NCBI GenBank assembly: GCA_037447435.1
Contig: JBBIGR010000005.1
Coordinates: 1 to 64,000 of the forward strand
Direction: 5' to 3'
Source of the DNA: Fibrobacteria bacterium
GTDB lineage: Bacteria > Fibrobacterota > Chitinivibrionia > Chitinivibrionales > FEN-1185
Length of the DNA stretch: 64,000 bases
Part shown: in pieces, positions 1 through 10,111 of the stretch
How the letters are laid out: each line of letters starts with the position of its first letter
How positions within the stretch are numbered: the stretch's first letter is position 1
Program-made: the position numbers and the translations under genes
The notes under the pieces: model-generated
What the model was told of the DNA's origin: nothing
Seen by the model: only the letters and a program-made list of their open reading frames with translations
Database searches by the model: none

Positions 1-957
1 TATCAAAAATATTTTACCGCCGCGGGTTGGGTTCACCGCGAGATGGTGCCGGGCCCGGCATTGACCGATAAAACTATAGACGAAATGGCTTCGGCATTTT
101 ACCGTCACATTCCCTGCGACAAAAGCACAGACTTCGACGAGCTTGTTTCTCAGGAAGCACTGATGGCGAAATACGGTCGTTTTTTGCTCGCCGAGATAGG
201 AATAAGACCCAACGCTCTCCAAAACAACGGTACGGTCGACCTATCGATCACGCAGTCCGGTCATTCCTTTGGAAATAAAAATCCTTTGCCTGTGAAAAGC
301 CCTATTCCGATTGACAAACCAAACTCTGACATCGTCCTTTTCCCGTCGGTCTGCGATTATTCAATGCAATCCGAAAGTGTATTGGGGTTAATTGCCATTT
401 TAGACAAAACGCAACGTAATTGGACTATAGGCTCCAATTTTTTCGACGGATTAAACTATGGTGCATTATTTGGGGACTGGTTTAATGAACGGATCCTGGA
501 AAATCTGCGCGACGCGGCAAATTCGCTCGGCGCCACACGTGTTCTTTTAGGCGGTTGCCAAGGATCTTCGATACCGTATTTCAACGGCATTTTTTCCACT
601 GCCAACGAATTTGTTCTTCAAGCCATCGAACACAATGAAATTAGTTTTCCTAACAAATCGATTTACAACAAGATAGGGTTCTGCGGTGTTGACGATAAAG
701 GAAGCTTTGGCAACAAAGCATTGAGCTTTTTTAAAATAACACAAGCCGTTGGTTTGCCGATTGTTAAAATTAGTATATCGGGCGGCAATTCGATGCAGCA
801 AGACGAAACCGTTGTCCGTAGTATGAAAGACGAGAATCTGAGCCTTATCGTGGCTCCCGATCATACCGTACGAAATCGATTAAAACTCCTTGCAAAACAG
901 AACGATTTGAAATTAGAAATATGCGGACTATATGAATTTTTATTGAAAACCCTTTAG
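1..957 (+). CDS. HmcF/DsrK-like (HdrD/CCG family) cytoplasmic subunit, 5'-truncated, with degenerate Cys motifs
   Basis: Frame is open from base 1 (YQKYFTAAGW...). Segments YFT..G, WTIGSNFFDGLNYG and LGATRVLLGGCQG resemble DsrK/HmcF (YFT.AG, WTLSS...NFG, LGVKRIVFGECGH). Lies next to an HmcE-like gene. Confidence 0.6.
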   Translation, partial: YQKYFTAAGWVHREMVPGPALTDKTIDEMASAFYRHIPCDKSTDFDELVSQEALMAKYGRFLLAEIGIRPNALQNNGTVDLSITQSGHSFGNKNPLPVKSPIPIDKPNSDIVLFPSVCDYSMQSESVLGLIAILDKTQRNWTIGSNFFDGLNYGALFGDWFNERILENLRDAANSLGATRVLLGGCQGSSIPYFNGIFSTANEFVLQAIEHNEISFPNKSIYNKIGFCGVDDKGSFGNKALSFFKITQAVGLPIVKISISGGNSMQQDETVVRSMKDENLSLIVAPDHTVRNRLKLLAKQNDLKLEICGLYEFLLKTL

Positions 958-1072
958 AAAATATTGACAAAGTATCTTTACGAAAAGCGTCGTCCATGGT
1001 AGTATGCGCATAAAATCGGTTGCAACATTCCCGCTGCCGTTTGGCGGGGTTTACAAAATGGTGAGATAAGTC

Positions 1073-1780
1073 ATGATACAAGATGTAACTGCTTTATTAA
1101 AAGGTCCCATATTCATTTTCTCTCTGACGGTTGCGATTTTGGGTGTTCTGAGACTTGCTTTTCTCCATTTCCACCTCATCACGACCGCGTTTTACAATTC
1201 CTGGAAGAAAACCGGCGGCAGTTCCGATTTTGTCAAAATTATCCTATCCAAAACGGGCTCATTTGAGTTTTTCAAATACAAACCGCGATCGTTGTCTTTC
1301 GCATGGATTGCGGCGTGCGCGTTTTTCACGTTTATTTTTTTATTCTCTATTGACCATGTAACCATCTTTGAACGTCATTTTGGCGTGAGGCTTATTGCGG
1401 TCTCCAGAGGCATAACCGCAATTGCTCTTGCTGTATCCGTGGTAACCATCATTGTTCGCATGAGGCTTTTGTCAAGTGCCTTCAAAGACACGGTCGGCGC
1501 TGCAAACGGCATGTGGTTTTGGACTCTATTATTGGTCATTCTTGTGACCGGCTTTTTCGCCTCGACCGTAAGCGATCCCGGCATGCTTCCCTTCATGCAG
1601 TTTTTACATGTTGCCTGCGGGGATACTCTTATTATGCTGATTCCATTTTCGCGTCTGGGATATTGGTTTGTTTCACCGCTTGCCACTATTACGTGCCATT
1701 TAGGAATATTGCTGTCGCCCGATTCGCCAAAGGGAGACGGGACTGCTGAATATCTTCATCGATTATCGGAGAAACGGTAA
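1073..1780 (+). CDS. HmcE/DsrM-like NarI-family membrane cytochrome b
   Basis: About 5 hydrophobic helices; N-terminal GPIFIFSLTV..LG; C-terminal FLHVACGDTLIMLIPFSRL resembles the HmcE LH...E.L....PFTKL motif. Confidence 0.7.
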   Translation: MIQDVTALLKGPIFIFSLTVAILGVLRLAFLHFHLITTAFYNSWKKTGGSSDFVKIILSKTGSFEFFKYKPRSLSFAWIAACAFFTFIFLFSIDHVTIFERHFGVRLIAVSRGITAIALAVSVVTIIVRMRLLSSAFKDTVGAANGMWFWTLLLVILVTGFFASTVSDPGMLPFMQFLHVACGDTLIMLIPFSRLGYWFVSPLATITCHLGILLSPDSPKGDGTAEYLHRLSEKR

Positions 1781-2541
1781 TGCAAGCCATATTGACCGAT
1801 ATTACCAAATGCGTGGGGTGTCGCAAATGCGTTGGCTCTTGCCAAAGCATCAATGCCTGCGCGCCTGAAAGACCGGAACAAAAAGCTCAGCCCGAAGAGT
1901 TGTTCAATACCAGGTATACGACCATTGTGAGAAAAACGAATGCCGCATCGGAACCGCGTTTCGTCAGAAGACATTGCAGACATTGTTTAAATCCCGCATG
2001 TGTTTCAGTCTGTCCGGTTGGCGCATTAAAAAAAACGCCTGCAGGCCCGGTCATTTATGACAAGAGACGATGCATGGGATGCAGATATTGCATGTTTGCC
2101 TGTCCTTTCGGAATTCCGCGGAGCGAGTGGGAATCATTGGCACCGGGGATCAAAAAATGCACTTTCTGTTTTGAAAAGACGCAAATGGGGGGGCAACCGG
2201 CATGCACCGAAGCTTGTCCCGAAGGTGCGACAATTTACGGGCAACGCGACACCCTTCTGACCGAGGCAAGGCAGCGGATTTCGAATGAACCCGAGCGGTA
2301 TTTGCATAAAATTTACGGTGAACATGAACTCGGGGGTACCAGCGTGATTTACCTTTCCGATATCAATCTCGACTTTTTATCGTTCGACAAAGACCTGAGC
2401 GACGTGCCCGCTCCCGAATTGACGTGGAAATTCATCAAAGAAACCCCTTTCATTTCAGGGGCTGTGGGCTTGTCTGTCGGTTTTTTATATTGGTTGTGGA
2501 AAAGAAAATTGAAACTCACAAAAGGATCGTCGATCGGTTAA
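1780..2541 (+). CDS. HmcB/HybA/NrfC-type 4x[4Fe-4S] protein with C-terminal membrane anchor
   Basis: CVGCRKCVGSC, CRHCLNPACVSVCP, CMGCRYCMFACP, CTFC...CTEACP; IYGEHELGGTS; C-terminal TM helix. Confidence 0.9.
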   Translation: MQAILTDITKCVGCRKCVGSCQSINACAPERPEQKAQPEELFNTRYTTIVRKTNAASEPRFVRRHCRHCLNPACVSVCPVGALKKTPAGPVIYDKRRCMGCRYCMFACPFGIPRSEWESLAPGIKKCTFCFEKTQMGGQPACTEACPEGATIYGQRDTLLTEARQRISNEPERYLHKIYGEHELGGTSVIYLSDINLDFLSFDKDLSDVPAPELTWKFIKETPFISGAVGLSVGFLYWLWKRKLKLTKGSSIG

Positions 2542-2607
2542 TGAGCCGCTCCCAAAGGGTGGATTTTTGTCTATACAGCATAACCTTTTGCATAAAATAA
2601 AGGATAC

Positions 2608-4491
2608 ATGCGCAAATTATTTATCACAAAGCTCATATTGACGATATTCACCGGCATCGGACTTGCGGGCGGCTTTTACCGCTTTGCCTGCGGCCTTGGC
2701 GCATCTTCCAATTTGTCTAATGCAGTCCCCTGGGGCCTTTGGATCGGGTTTGACGATATGGCCGGAGTTGCCCTTGCGTCCGGTGGATTCGTCATAACCG
2801 CGATTGTTTATATATTCCACCTAAAGCGATTCCGGCCGATTCTTAGAAGTACAATTTGTACCGCGTTTCTCGGGTATTGCCTCGTGCCGTTCAGCCTGCT
2901 TCTCGACATTGGGCTTCCGTGGAATATTTGGCATCCCATGATTTACTGGCAGTATCATTCGATCCTTTTTGGTGTTGCTTTGTGCGTAATGCTCGTTTCG
3001 ACCATTCTTATGGTCGGATTTGCGATCACGGTACTGGAACATCCGCTCTTTGCCCTTCCCCTATTCCAGAAAATTTACCGGTTCCTGAATAAATATTTCC
3101 TTGTCTGTGTGGTACTCGGCATTATCGTATCGACCTTGCATCAATCGTGGTTGGGTTCTTTATTCCTCATTTTGCCGCATCGGGTCCATCCGCTTTGGTA
3201 TAGCCCTATAATTTATGTGTTGTATTTCCTTTCCGCCGTCGGGCTCGGTTGCTCCATGATCATAGTTGAATCAACAATCACCTCTTTTCTTTACGGTCAT
3301 AGTATTGAAAATAAACTGCTCCAGGATTTGGGCAGGGCGTCTTCGGTAGTGATTTTTCTGTATGCGATTGTCCGTTGCGCGGATCTCGCCATTCGTCATA
3401 AATTATCCATTGCCGCTAACGGCACCTGGCAAAGCAACCTGTTTTTGGCGGAAATGATCGTGAGCGCGATTTTGCCGATTGCGATATTCAATATAAAGGG
3501 ATTGCGGTCAAAAAGGCGTTGGCTGTTTACGGCAGCCGTTCTGGTTGTCGGCGGATTTATTCTCAACCGACTCTGCACAAGCTTCATCACTATTTACAAA
3601 CCAGAAGGAACATCCTATATACCTTCACTAATAGAAATATGTACCAGCCTCGGTCTTATCTCCGCCGGAGCGCTGGTTTTCTTTTATTGCGTAGAGCATT
3701 TAAACCTTTTTGAGGGGAAGTTTGCGCATAAGCCGGCACATAAGGTCAAAATTCCGGTTTTTTCAATACCCGGACTGCACGACCAATTCAGTGCTTTAAA
3801 TCATATTTCCCGATATACGCTTGCCTTTATTCTTTCCGTTTCGTTTGGTATGGCAGTATTCTATGTGACAACCTCCAATGAGCGGAAATACCACACCGTG
3901 CAAACGGTAAAATCCCAGGCAAGTCCCGACGGTAAAACATTACGCATAACCGGCGGCAATAATCGTTTATTTGTCGATTTTAACCATAGATTCCATCAAG
4001 ACACCCTTGGCAAAAACGAATCTTGCAAAAAATGCCACCACATGAATATCAGGCAAAACGAAGTCTCGCCGTGCTATATTTGCCACGGCGAAATGTATAA
4101 GCCAACCCCCTTGTTCAATCATGCATTCCATGAAGCGCAATTTCGCGATAAAGGTTCGTGCAAAGTGTGCCATCCGCGGGAGCGTACCGAAACGACATAT
4201 CGCTCCTGTAAAGACTGCCATCCCACCATGTTCCCAAACAAACCAGTTGGGAACCCCATGCAATTAAATGCTCCGCCTTATATGGATGCAATGCACTCTT
4301 CGTGCATACAATGCCACCAAACCGAATGGCCCAAAACAGGAAAGCCCACTCCCGATTATTGCAATACGTGCCATAAAGACATGGAAGGCGACATTTGGAA
4401 AAAGAAATACGGCGGTCCTATAAAAATCGAAACTCAAGATTCCGTTTCCGGTAAAGCCGCGGATATTTCCGTAAAGGATATCAAAAGGTAA
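2608..4491 (+). CDS. HmcC/HybB (NrfD-family) membrane subunit fused to a C-terminal hexaheme cytochrome c3-like domain
   Basis: PWGLWIGFD..GVALASGGF, LSTLHQS-like motif and HPLWYSP are HybB/HmcC hallmarks; the C-terminal ~170 aa has 6 CxxCH. Confidence 0.85.
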   Translation: MRKLFITKLILTIFTGIGLAGGFYRFACGLGASSNLSNAVPWGLWIGFDDMAGVALASGGFVITAIVYIFHLKRFRPILRSTICTAFLGYCLVPFSLLLDIGLPWNIWHPMIYWQYHSILFGVALCVMLVSTILMVGFAITVLEHPLFALPLFQKIYRFLNKYFLVCVVLGIIVSTLHQSWLGSLFLILPHRVHPLWYSPIIYVLYFLSAVGLGCSMIIVESTITSFLYGHSIENKLLQDLGRASSVVIFLYAIVRCADLAIRHKLSIAANGTWQSNLFLAEMIVSAILPIAIFNIKGLRSKRRWLFTAAVLVVGGFILNRLCTSFITIYKPEGTSYIPSLIEICTSLGLISAGALVFFYCVEHLNLFEGKFAHKPAHKVKIPVFSIPGLHDQFSALNHISRYTLAFILSVSFGMAVFYVTTSNERKYHTVQTVKSQASPDGKTLRITGGNNRLFVDFNHRFHQDTLGKNESCKKCHHMNIRQNEVSPCYICHGEMYKPTPLFNHAFHEAQFRDKGSCKVCHPRERTETTYRSCKDCHPTMFPNKPVGNPMQLNAPPYMDAMHSSCIQCHQTEWPKTGKPTPDYCNTCHKDMEGDIWKKKYGGPIKIETQDSVSGKAADISVKDIKR

Positions 4492-4665
4492 ACCTCGTTA
4501 CCTCAGGCGCCCGGTTTCGGTTTCATTTTTTTATATTTGACAATACTGTTGGCATGTCGGATTTTATTATGTTACTTTTTTCACATTTACAATACGCCGA
4601 CTGCTCTACATTGGTAAAAAACAAACCATGGCGGTGCCATATTCCGCCGCATCCGGAGATACAAA

Positions 4666-6645
4666 ATGGAAAACCAGGATATATCCCTACAGTCCTTACT
4701 TGTTGAGAACAGGAAATTCCCTCCCCTGACGGATATTACCGAAAATGCCAATATGAAAAGCCTCGATTTGTACAAGGAGATGTGGGAAGAATCCATTTCC
4801 GAACCGGATAAATTCTGGTTGAATCAGGCGGATAAAATCGACTGGTTTAAAAAACCAACGCAAGGACTCAATTATGATTGGGATAACAAAAATCGTATTG
4901 TCAAGCATACATGGTTTGAAGACGGCGAGCTCAACGTCTCATATAATTGCCTCGACAGGCACCTTGCATCCCCGCTTGCCGATAAGACAGCCATCATATG
5001 GCAGGGGGAAAAAGAGGACGCGGTCATAAAATTGACTTATAGGGAATTGCATGCACAGGTGTCGAAATTTGCCAATGTTTTAAAATCCAAGGGAATTACG
5101 AAAGGAGATCGCGTCGCATTGTACATGCCCATGGTGCCGCAGCTTGCCGTTGCAATGCTCGCCTGCACCCGTATCGGCGCAATCCATTCGATTGTTTTTG
5201 GAGGTTTTTCTGCAGATTCCCTTAAAGGAAGGATGAATGATTCATCCTGTAAACTGCTTGTTACGGCAACGGTTTCGGTTCGGGCGGGAAAAACAATTCC
5301 CTTGAAGCAAATTGCCGATGAAGCAGTAGGCGGATGCCCGTCCATTACGACGGTTATAGTTGTCAAAGTAAACAACGCCGATGCAGCGATGAACGTGCCG
5401 CGCGACGTGTGGTATCATGAAGAAATGACCCATGCCGAAGAGGTTTGCGAACCGGTCGCCATGAATGCAGAAGATTTCCTGTTTATTCTCTATACTTCCG
5501 GCTCAACGGGAAAGCCCAAAGGCGTGGTGCATTCGACTGCAGGTTACCTGCTTCACGCAATGCTCAGTCATAAATACATATTTGACATTCACGATAACGA
5601 TATTTACTGGTGCACCGCAGACATCGGCTGGGTCACAGGCCACAGCTATGTCGTATACGGACCGCTTGCCAATGGGGCGACGACGCTCATGTTCGAGGGC
5701 GTGCCGACATACCCGGACCCAGGGCGATGCTGGTCGATCATAGATAAATTCAAGGTGTCCGTTTTCTATACCGCGCCGACTGCCATACGTTCTCTTATGC
5801 GTGAAGGCAAAACCTGGCCTGCTTTACATTCATTGGCGTCACTCAGGATCCTCGGCAGCGTGGGCGAGCCGATTAATCCTGAAGCGTGGATGTGGTATTA
5901 TGAGAACATCGGTCATAAAAAATGTCCCATTGTGGACACCTGGTGGCAAACCGAAACCGGCGGGATTATGATTTCGGCATTACCGGGAATTCATACTCTC
6001 AAGCCGGGGAGCGCAAGTAAACCTTTTTTCGGTATTCAGCCGGTAGTGCTGCGCGACGACGGAACCGAATGCAATCCGAATGAAGGAGGAAAGCTTTGCA
6101 TCAAACGTCCGTGGCCCGGTATCATGCGTACGACCTGGGGAGATCATAACCGCTTCATTGACACCTATTTTTCTCAATTCAACTATATGTACTACACCGG
6201 AGACGGATGCCGGGTCGACGAAGACGGAGACTATTGGCTTATGGGTCGTCTCGACGACGTTGTCAATGTTTCGGGTCACCGCATCGGCACTGCCGAAGTC
6301 GAGAGCGCATTAGTAAGCCATTCAAAGGTAGCTGAAGCGGCTGTGACGCCGATGCCTCATGAAATAAAAGGGCACGGCCTTTATGCATATGTCACTCTCA
6401 TCGACGGTGTTGCGGAAAGCGATGAACTTAAAAAAGAGCTCGCTAATCACGTTCGTAAAGAGATAGGTCCTATTGCAATCCCCGATAAAATTCAATTTGC
6501 CCAAGGCTTGCCGAAAACAAGGTCAGGGAAAATCATGAGACGGATTTTACGTAAAATAGCAGAGAATGATTTGGGTGATCTGGGCGACGTTTCTACCCTT
6601 GCCGATCCCTCGGTTGTTGATAATTTGCTGCAAGGACGGCAATGA
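4666..6645 (+). CDS. acs: Acetyl-CoA synthetase (AMP-forming)
   Basis: LYTSGSTGKPKG, DTWWQTETGG, LPKTRSGKIMRR. Confidence 0.97.
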   Translation: MENQDISLQSLLVENRKFPPLTDITENANMKSLDLYKEMWEESISEPDKFWLNQADKIDWFKKPTQGLNYDWDNKNRIVKHTWFEDGELNVSYNCLDRHLASPLADKTAIIWQGEKEDAVIKLTYRELHAQVSKFANVLKSKGITKGDRVALYMPMVPQLAVAMLACTRIGAIHSIVFGGFSADSLKGRMNDSSCKLLVTATVSVRAGKTIPLKQIADEAVGGCPSITTVIVVKVNNADAAMNVPRDVWYHEEMTHAEEVCEPVAMNAEDFLFILYTSGSTGKPKGVVHSTAGYLLHAMLSHKYIFDIHDNDIYWCTADIGWVTGHSYVVYGPLANGATTLMFEGVPTYPDPGRCWSIIDKFKVSVFYTAPTAIRSLMREGKTWPALHSLASLRILGSVGEPINPEAWMWYYENIGHKKCPIVDTWWQTETGGIMISALPGIHTLKPGSASKPFFGIQPVVLRDDGTECNPNEGGKLCIKRPWPGIMRTTWGDHNRFIDTYFSQFNYMYYTGDGCRVDEDGDYWLMGRLDDVVNVSGHRIGTAEVESALVSHSKVAEAAVTPMPHEIKGHGLYAYVTLIDGVAESDELKKELANHVRKEIGPIAIPDKIQFAQGLPKTRSGKIMRRILRKIAENDLGDLGDVSTLADPSVVDNLLQGRQ

Positions 6646-6720
6646 AGGTTCAACAACTTCGCATTGGGGAAGCGTTCAGGCCGGTGTCATTATTTTACGG
6701 TAACGTAAAATAAAATATAA

Positions 6721-7482
6721 TTACTCGCGCCCAACAACATTGGCAGTTAAGAACTCCCGGTTCATTCGCGCAATGTGTTCTGCAGAGATTTCCTTTGGGC
6801 AGGCTGCAGTACATTCAAAATGATTGGAACAGTTTCCAAATCCAAGCTCATCCATTTTTGCGATCATATCCCGCACGCGTTTTTGCTTTTCCGCTTGGCC
6901 TTGGGGTAATAAGGCTAAATGCGACACTTTTGCAGCAACAAAAAGCATTGCCGATGCATTCGGACACGCTGCAACGCAAGCACCGCAGCCGATGCATTGG
7001 GCTGCATCCATTGCCAAATCGGTCCTGCCCTTTGGAACTGGCATGCTGTTGGCATCCGGTGCACCACCCGTTGCTGCGGAAATGAATCCGCCGGCGGCGA
7101 TTATCTTATCAAAAGCGAAACGATCGACGATGAGATCCTTGATTATGGGAAAAGCCTTTGATCGGAAGGGTTCAACCACTATCGTTTCGTTATCCTGAAA
7201 GTGCCTCATATGCAACTGACATACGGTCGTCCCCACTTCCGGACCGTGCGCAACTCCGTTGATCACCAATGAACAACAGCCGCAAATTCCTTCTCGACAA
7301 TCATGTTCGAACGCTATGGCTTCCTCGCCTTTTCTGACGAGCGATTCGTTGACAATATCTAACATTTCCAGAAACGACATGTCGGGCGAGATATCTGAAG
7401 CTGAATAGTCGACCAGCTTTCCCTTGCTTTTGGGACCCGCCTGTCGCCATATTTTAAGTTTAATGTTCATCAAGGTACCCAT
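6721..7482 (-). CDS. sdhB: Succinate dehydrogenase/fumarate reductase Fe-S subunit
   Basis: [37 protein letters not shown]. Confidence 0.93.
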   Translation of the reverse strand: MGTLMNIKLKIWRQAGPKSKGKLVDYSASDISPDMSFLEMLDIVNESLVRKGEEAIAFEHDCREGICGCCSLVINGVAHGPEVGTTVCQLHMRHFQDNETIVVEPFRSKAFPIIKDLIVDRFAFDKIIAAGGFISAATGGAPDANSMPVPKGRTDLAMDAAQCIGCGACVAACPNASAMLFVAAKVSHLALLPQGQAEKQKRVRDMIAKMDELGFGNCSNHFECTAACPKEISAEHIARMNREFLTANVVGRE

Positions 7483-9395
7483 TATTTGTAATTCCTTTGC
7501 ACGAGCTTCACGTTATCAAACACCAAATTTTCAAGATGCAATTTCGGCTTTTTGTTTTCCCCGAGATATTCCCATGCCTGTACGTTGCAATGAATTTCAT
7601 CGTTTCGAAGCGCTTCCCCGTCTTCGGTCTGGTGTTCCTCGCGAAAATGCGCACCGCACGATTCGTTCCGGGTTAGTGCATCGACGGTAAGGACTTCCGC
7701 AAATTCCAGGAAATCGGCAACCCGTCCCGCTTCTTCCAATTGTTGATTAAAATCCCTGTCGCTGCCGGGCACGGCAAGGTCGTTCCAAAATTCTTGTCTG
7801 ATTTTAGGAATTGCAATGAGCGCTTCATGTAAACCTTTTTCCGTGCGACTCATCCCCACCTTGTTCCACATTACGTTGCCGAGCTTCCGATGAAAATACG
7901 AAGCGGGTTGACTTCCCTTGACAGAACGCAACTTTTCGATCCGTTCGCGAACGGAGTTTTCGGCCTCCGAAAAGGAAGGATGGTCCATATTGACTTTTTT
8001 GATCGCCGAACCGGCAAGGTAATTCCCGATCGTATACGGTATGACGAAAAATCCATCGGCCAGCCCTTGCATCAACGCCGAGGCGCCGAGACGGTTTGCG
8101 CCATGATCGGAAAAATTCGCTTCGCCCAACACGTGAAGACCGGGAATAGTTGACATTAAATTATAGTCTACCCACAAACCGCCCATAGTGTAATGAGATG
8201 CGGGATATATCCGCATCGGAGTTTTATACGGATCTTCGCCGGTGATTTTGGCGTACATCTGCATCAGATTTCCGTATTTCTCTTTTATCCTTTGTTCTCC
8301 CTGTCGTTTGATTTCATCGTGCAAATCCAGGTATACCGCAAACCCCGATTCGCCGACCCCGTACCCGTCGTCAGCCTGGTGTTTTGCGTTGCGCGATGCG
8401 ACATCCCGCGGAACAAGGTTACCGAACGAAGGATATCGTTCCTCGAGAAAATAGTTGCGCTCGGTTTCGGGAATTTCTTCGGGAGAACGTCCATCGCCTT
8501 TATTCCGGGGAACCCATATGCGGCCATCGTTACGCAACGATTCGGACATGAGCGTCAATTTACTTTGATGATCGCCGGTTACCGGAATACAAGTCGGATG
8601 AATTTGCGTAAAGCAAGGGTTGGCGAAAAACGCACCGCGTTTATGACATCGCCATGTCGCGGTCACATTGCAATTTTGCGCATTGGTCGACAAATAAAAA
8701 ACGCGTCCGTACCCTCCGGTTGCAAGGACAACGGCGTCGGCATAATGACGCTGCAGCTCACCCGTGATTAGGTTACGAACAATAATACCGCGTATTGCGT
8801 TGTCAATTAATACGACATCGAGCATTTCGCTTCTCGTATGAAGCCGTACGGCACCCAACGCCACCTGGCGCATCATCGAGGAATACGCTGCCAAAAGCAA
8901 TTGCTGGCCGGTTTGTCCGCGCGCGTAAAAAGTACGTGAAACCTGCGCCCCGCCAAAAGACCTGTTGTCAAGTAACCCCGCATAATCCCGCGCAAACGGT
9001 ACTCCGAGCATTGCGCAGTGATCGATGATCTTCACCGAAATTTCGGCTAGCCGGTGGACATTCGCCTCGCGAGCGCGGAAATCGCCTCCCTTTACGGTAT
9101 CGTAAAAAAGCCTGCGTATGCTGTCGCCGTCGTTTTGATAATTTTTCGCGGCATTAATGCCCCCTTGCGCCGCAATCGAATGCGCGCGTCGAGGCGATCC
9201 GTGAAAGGTAAACGTATGAACGTCGTAGCCGAGCTCTGCGAGAGAAGCCGATGCCGAGGAACCGGCCAATCCTGTTCCGACGACAATGATTTTATGCTTC
9301 CGTTTGTTCGCCGGATTGACAAGTTTCATATGAAAAATGTGGTCGTTCCACTTTTGCTCGATGTTTCCTGCGGGAATACGCGAATCAAGGATCAT
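7482..9395 (-). CDS. sdhA: Succinate dehydrogenase/fumarate reductase flavoprotein
   Basis: [40 protein letters not shown] 9395 overlaps the sdhC stop. Confidence 0.95.
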   Translation of the reverse strand: MILDSRIPAGNIEQKWNDHIFHMKLVNPANKRKHKIIVVGTGLAGSSASASLAELGYDVHTFTFHGSPRRAHSIAAQGGINAAKNYQNDGDSIRRLFYDTVKGGDFRAREANVHRLAEISVKIIDHCAMLGVPFARDYAGLLDNRSFGGAQVSRTFYARGQTGQQLLLAAYSSMMRQVALGAVRLHTRSEMLDVVLIDNAIRGIIVRNLITGELQRHYADAVVLATGGYGRVFYLSTNAQNCNVTATWRCHKRGAFFANPCFTQIHPTCIPVTGDHQSKLTLMSESLRNDGRIWVPRNKGDGRSPEEIPETERNYFLEERYPSFGNLVPRDVASRNAKHQADDGYGVGESGFAVYLDLHDEIKRQGEQRIKEKYGNLMQMYAKITGEDPYKTPMRIYPASHYTMGGLWVDYNLMSTIPGLHVLGEANFSDHGANRLGASALMQGLADGFFVIPYTIGNYLAGSAIKKVNMDHPSFSEAENSVRERIEKLRSVKGSQPASYFHRKLGNVMWNKVGMSRTEKGLHEALIAIPKIRQEFWNDLAVPGSDRDFNQQLEEAGRVADFLEFAEVLTVDALTRNESCGAHFREEHQTEDGEALRNDEIHCNVQAWEYLGENKKPKLHLENLVFDNVKLVQRNYK

Positions 9396-10099
9396 GAATG
9401 CACCCCTTGTAAAAAGGCCCATACGGCCAAAGCATTAAAACCGGCGCCGATGACAATCGCATACAGTTTTGAAAAGACCCGGATCAAGGGAAAATATTTC
9501 GGATGATTCAGACCCGCACTCTGAAAAGAACTTTCAACGCCGTGCCACAAATGTGTTGCCAACAATAAAAAGGCGATGCAGTAAAAAACAGTGAAAAAAG
9601 GATTTGCAAACGACGTCATGACCACCGTATAAACGTCGCGCATCACGGCGCCATTGACATTTACAACAAGGTGAGGCGCGGCCACTCCGAACCTGAACCG
9701 CAGAATGTGCAAGGTCATGAAAATGGCAATTCCCAAACCGGCGTAGATCATGCTTCGCGACGACAGCGTCGCGCCGCGGCCGAGCTTCTTTATTGCCCCG
9801 GCGCTCTTATATTTGACATAGCCGATTGGACGCGCCGCTCTGTTTTCCAAGGAAACCCAAATCGCTATAACGATGTGCGTAAGCAAACATGCTAAAAAAA
9901 GTATTTCGACCGGGATCGTGATTTCTCGTAACGTGCTTTGCAATAAGTTTCCGTAGGAATTGAATCGGTCGGCACCGGCCGTAAGCCCAAGATTCCCTAC
10001 CAGATGCGCAAAAAGAAAGCCGTACCAGACCAAACCGGTAAATCCCATTATCTGTTTTTTGCCGACCGAAGCTCCTATATATTTTATCAACCAACGCAT
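9392..10099 (-). CDS. sdhC: Succinate dehydrogenase cytochrome b558 subunit
   Basis: [32 protein letters not shown]; membrane protein directly upstream of sdhA. Confidence 0.9.
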   Translation of the reverse strand: MRWLIKYIGASVGKKQIMGFTGLVWYGFLFAHLVGNLGLTAGADRFNSYGNLLQSTLREITIPVEILFLACLLTHIVIAIWVSLENRAARPIGYVKYKSAGAIKKLGRGATLSSRSMIYAGLGIAIFMTLHILRFRFGVAAPHLVVNVNGAVMRDVYTVVMTSFANPFFTVFYCIAFLLLATHLWHGVESSFQSAGLNHPKYFPLIRVFSKLYAIVIGAGFNALAVWAFLQGVHS

Positions 10100-10111
10100 C
10101 TAAGTCTCCTT

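Noticed and set aside
1..1780. Dissimilatory sulfite reduction (DsrMK)
   Set aside because: No dsrAB/C/J/O/P in the window, the catalytic Cys motifs are missing, and the neighbours are HmcB/C-like
4549..4565. sigma54 promoter for acs (TGGCATGTCGGATTTT)
   Set aside because: Has the -24 TGGCA but no GC at -12; the nearby TTGACA has no properly spaced -10
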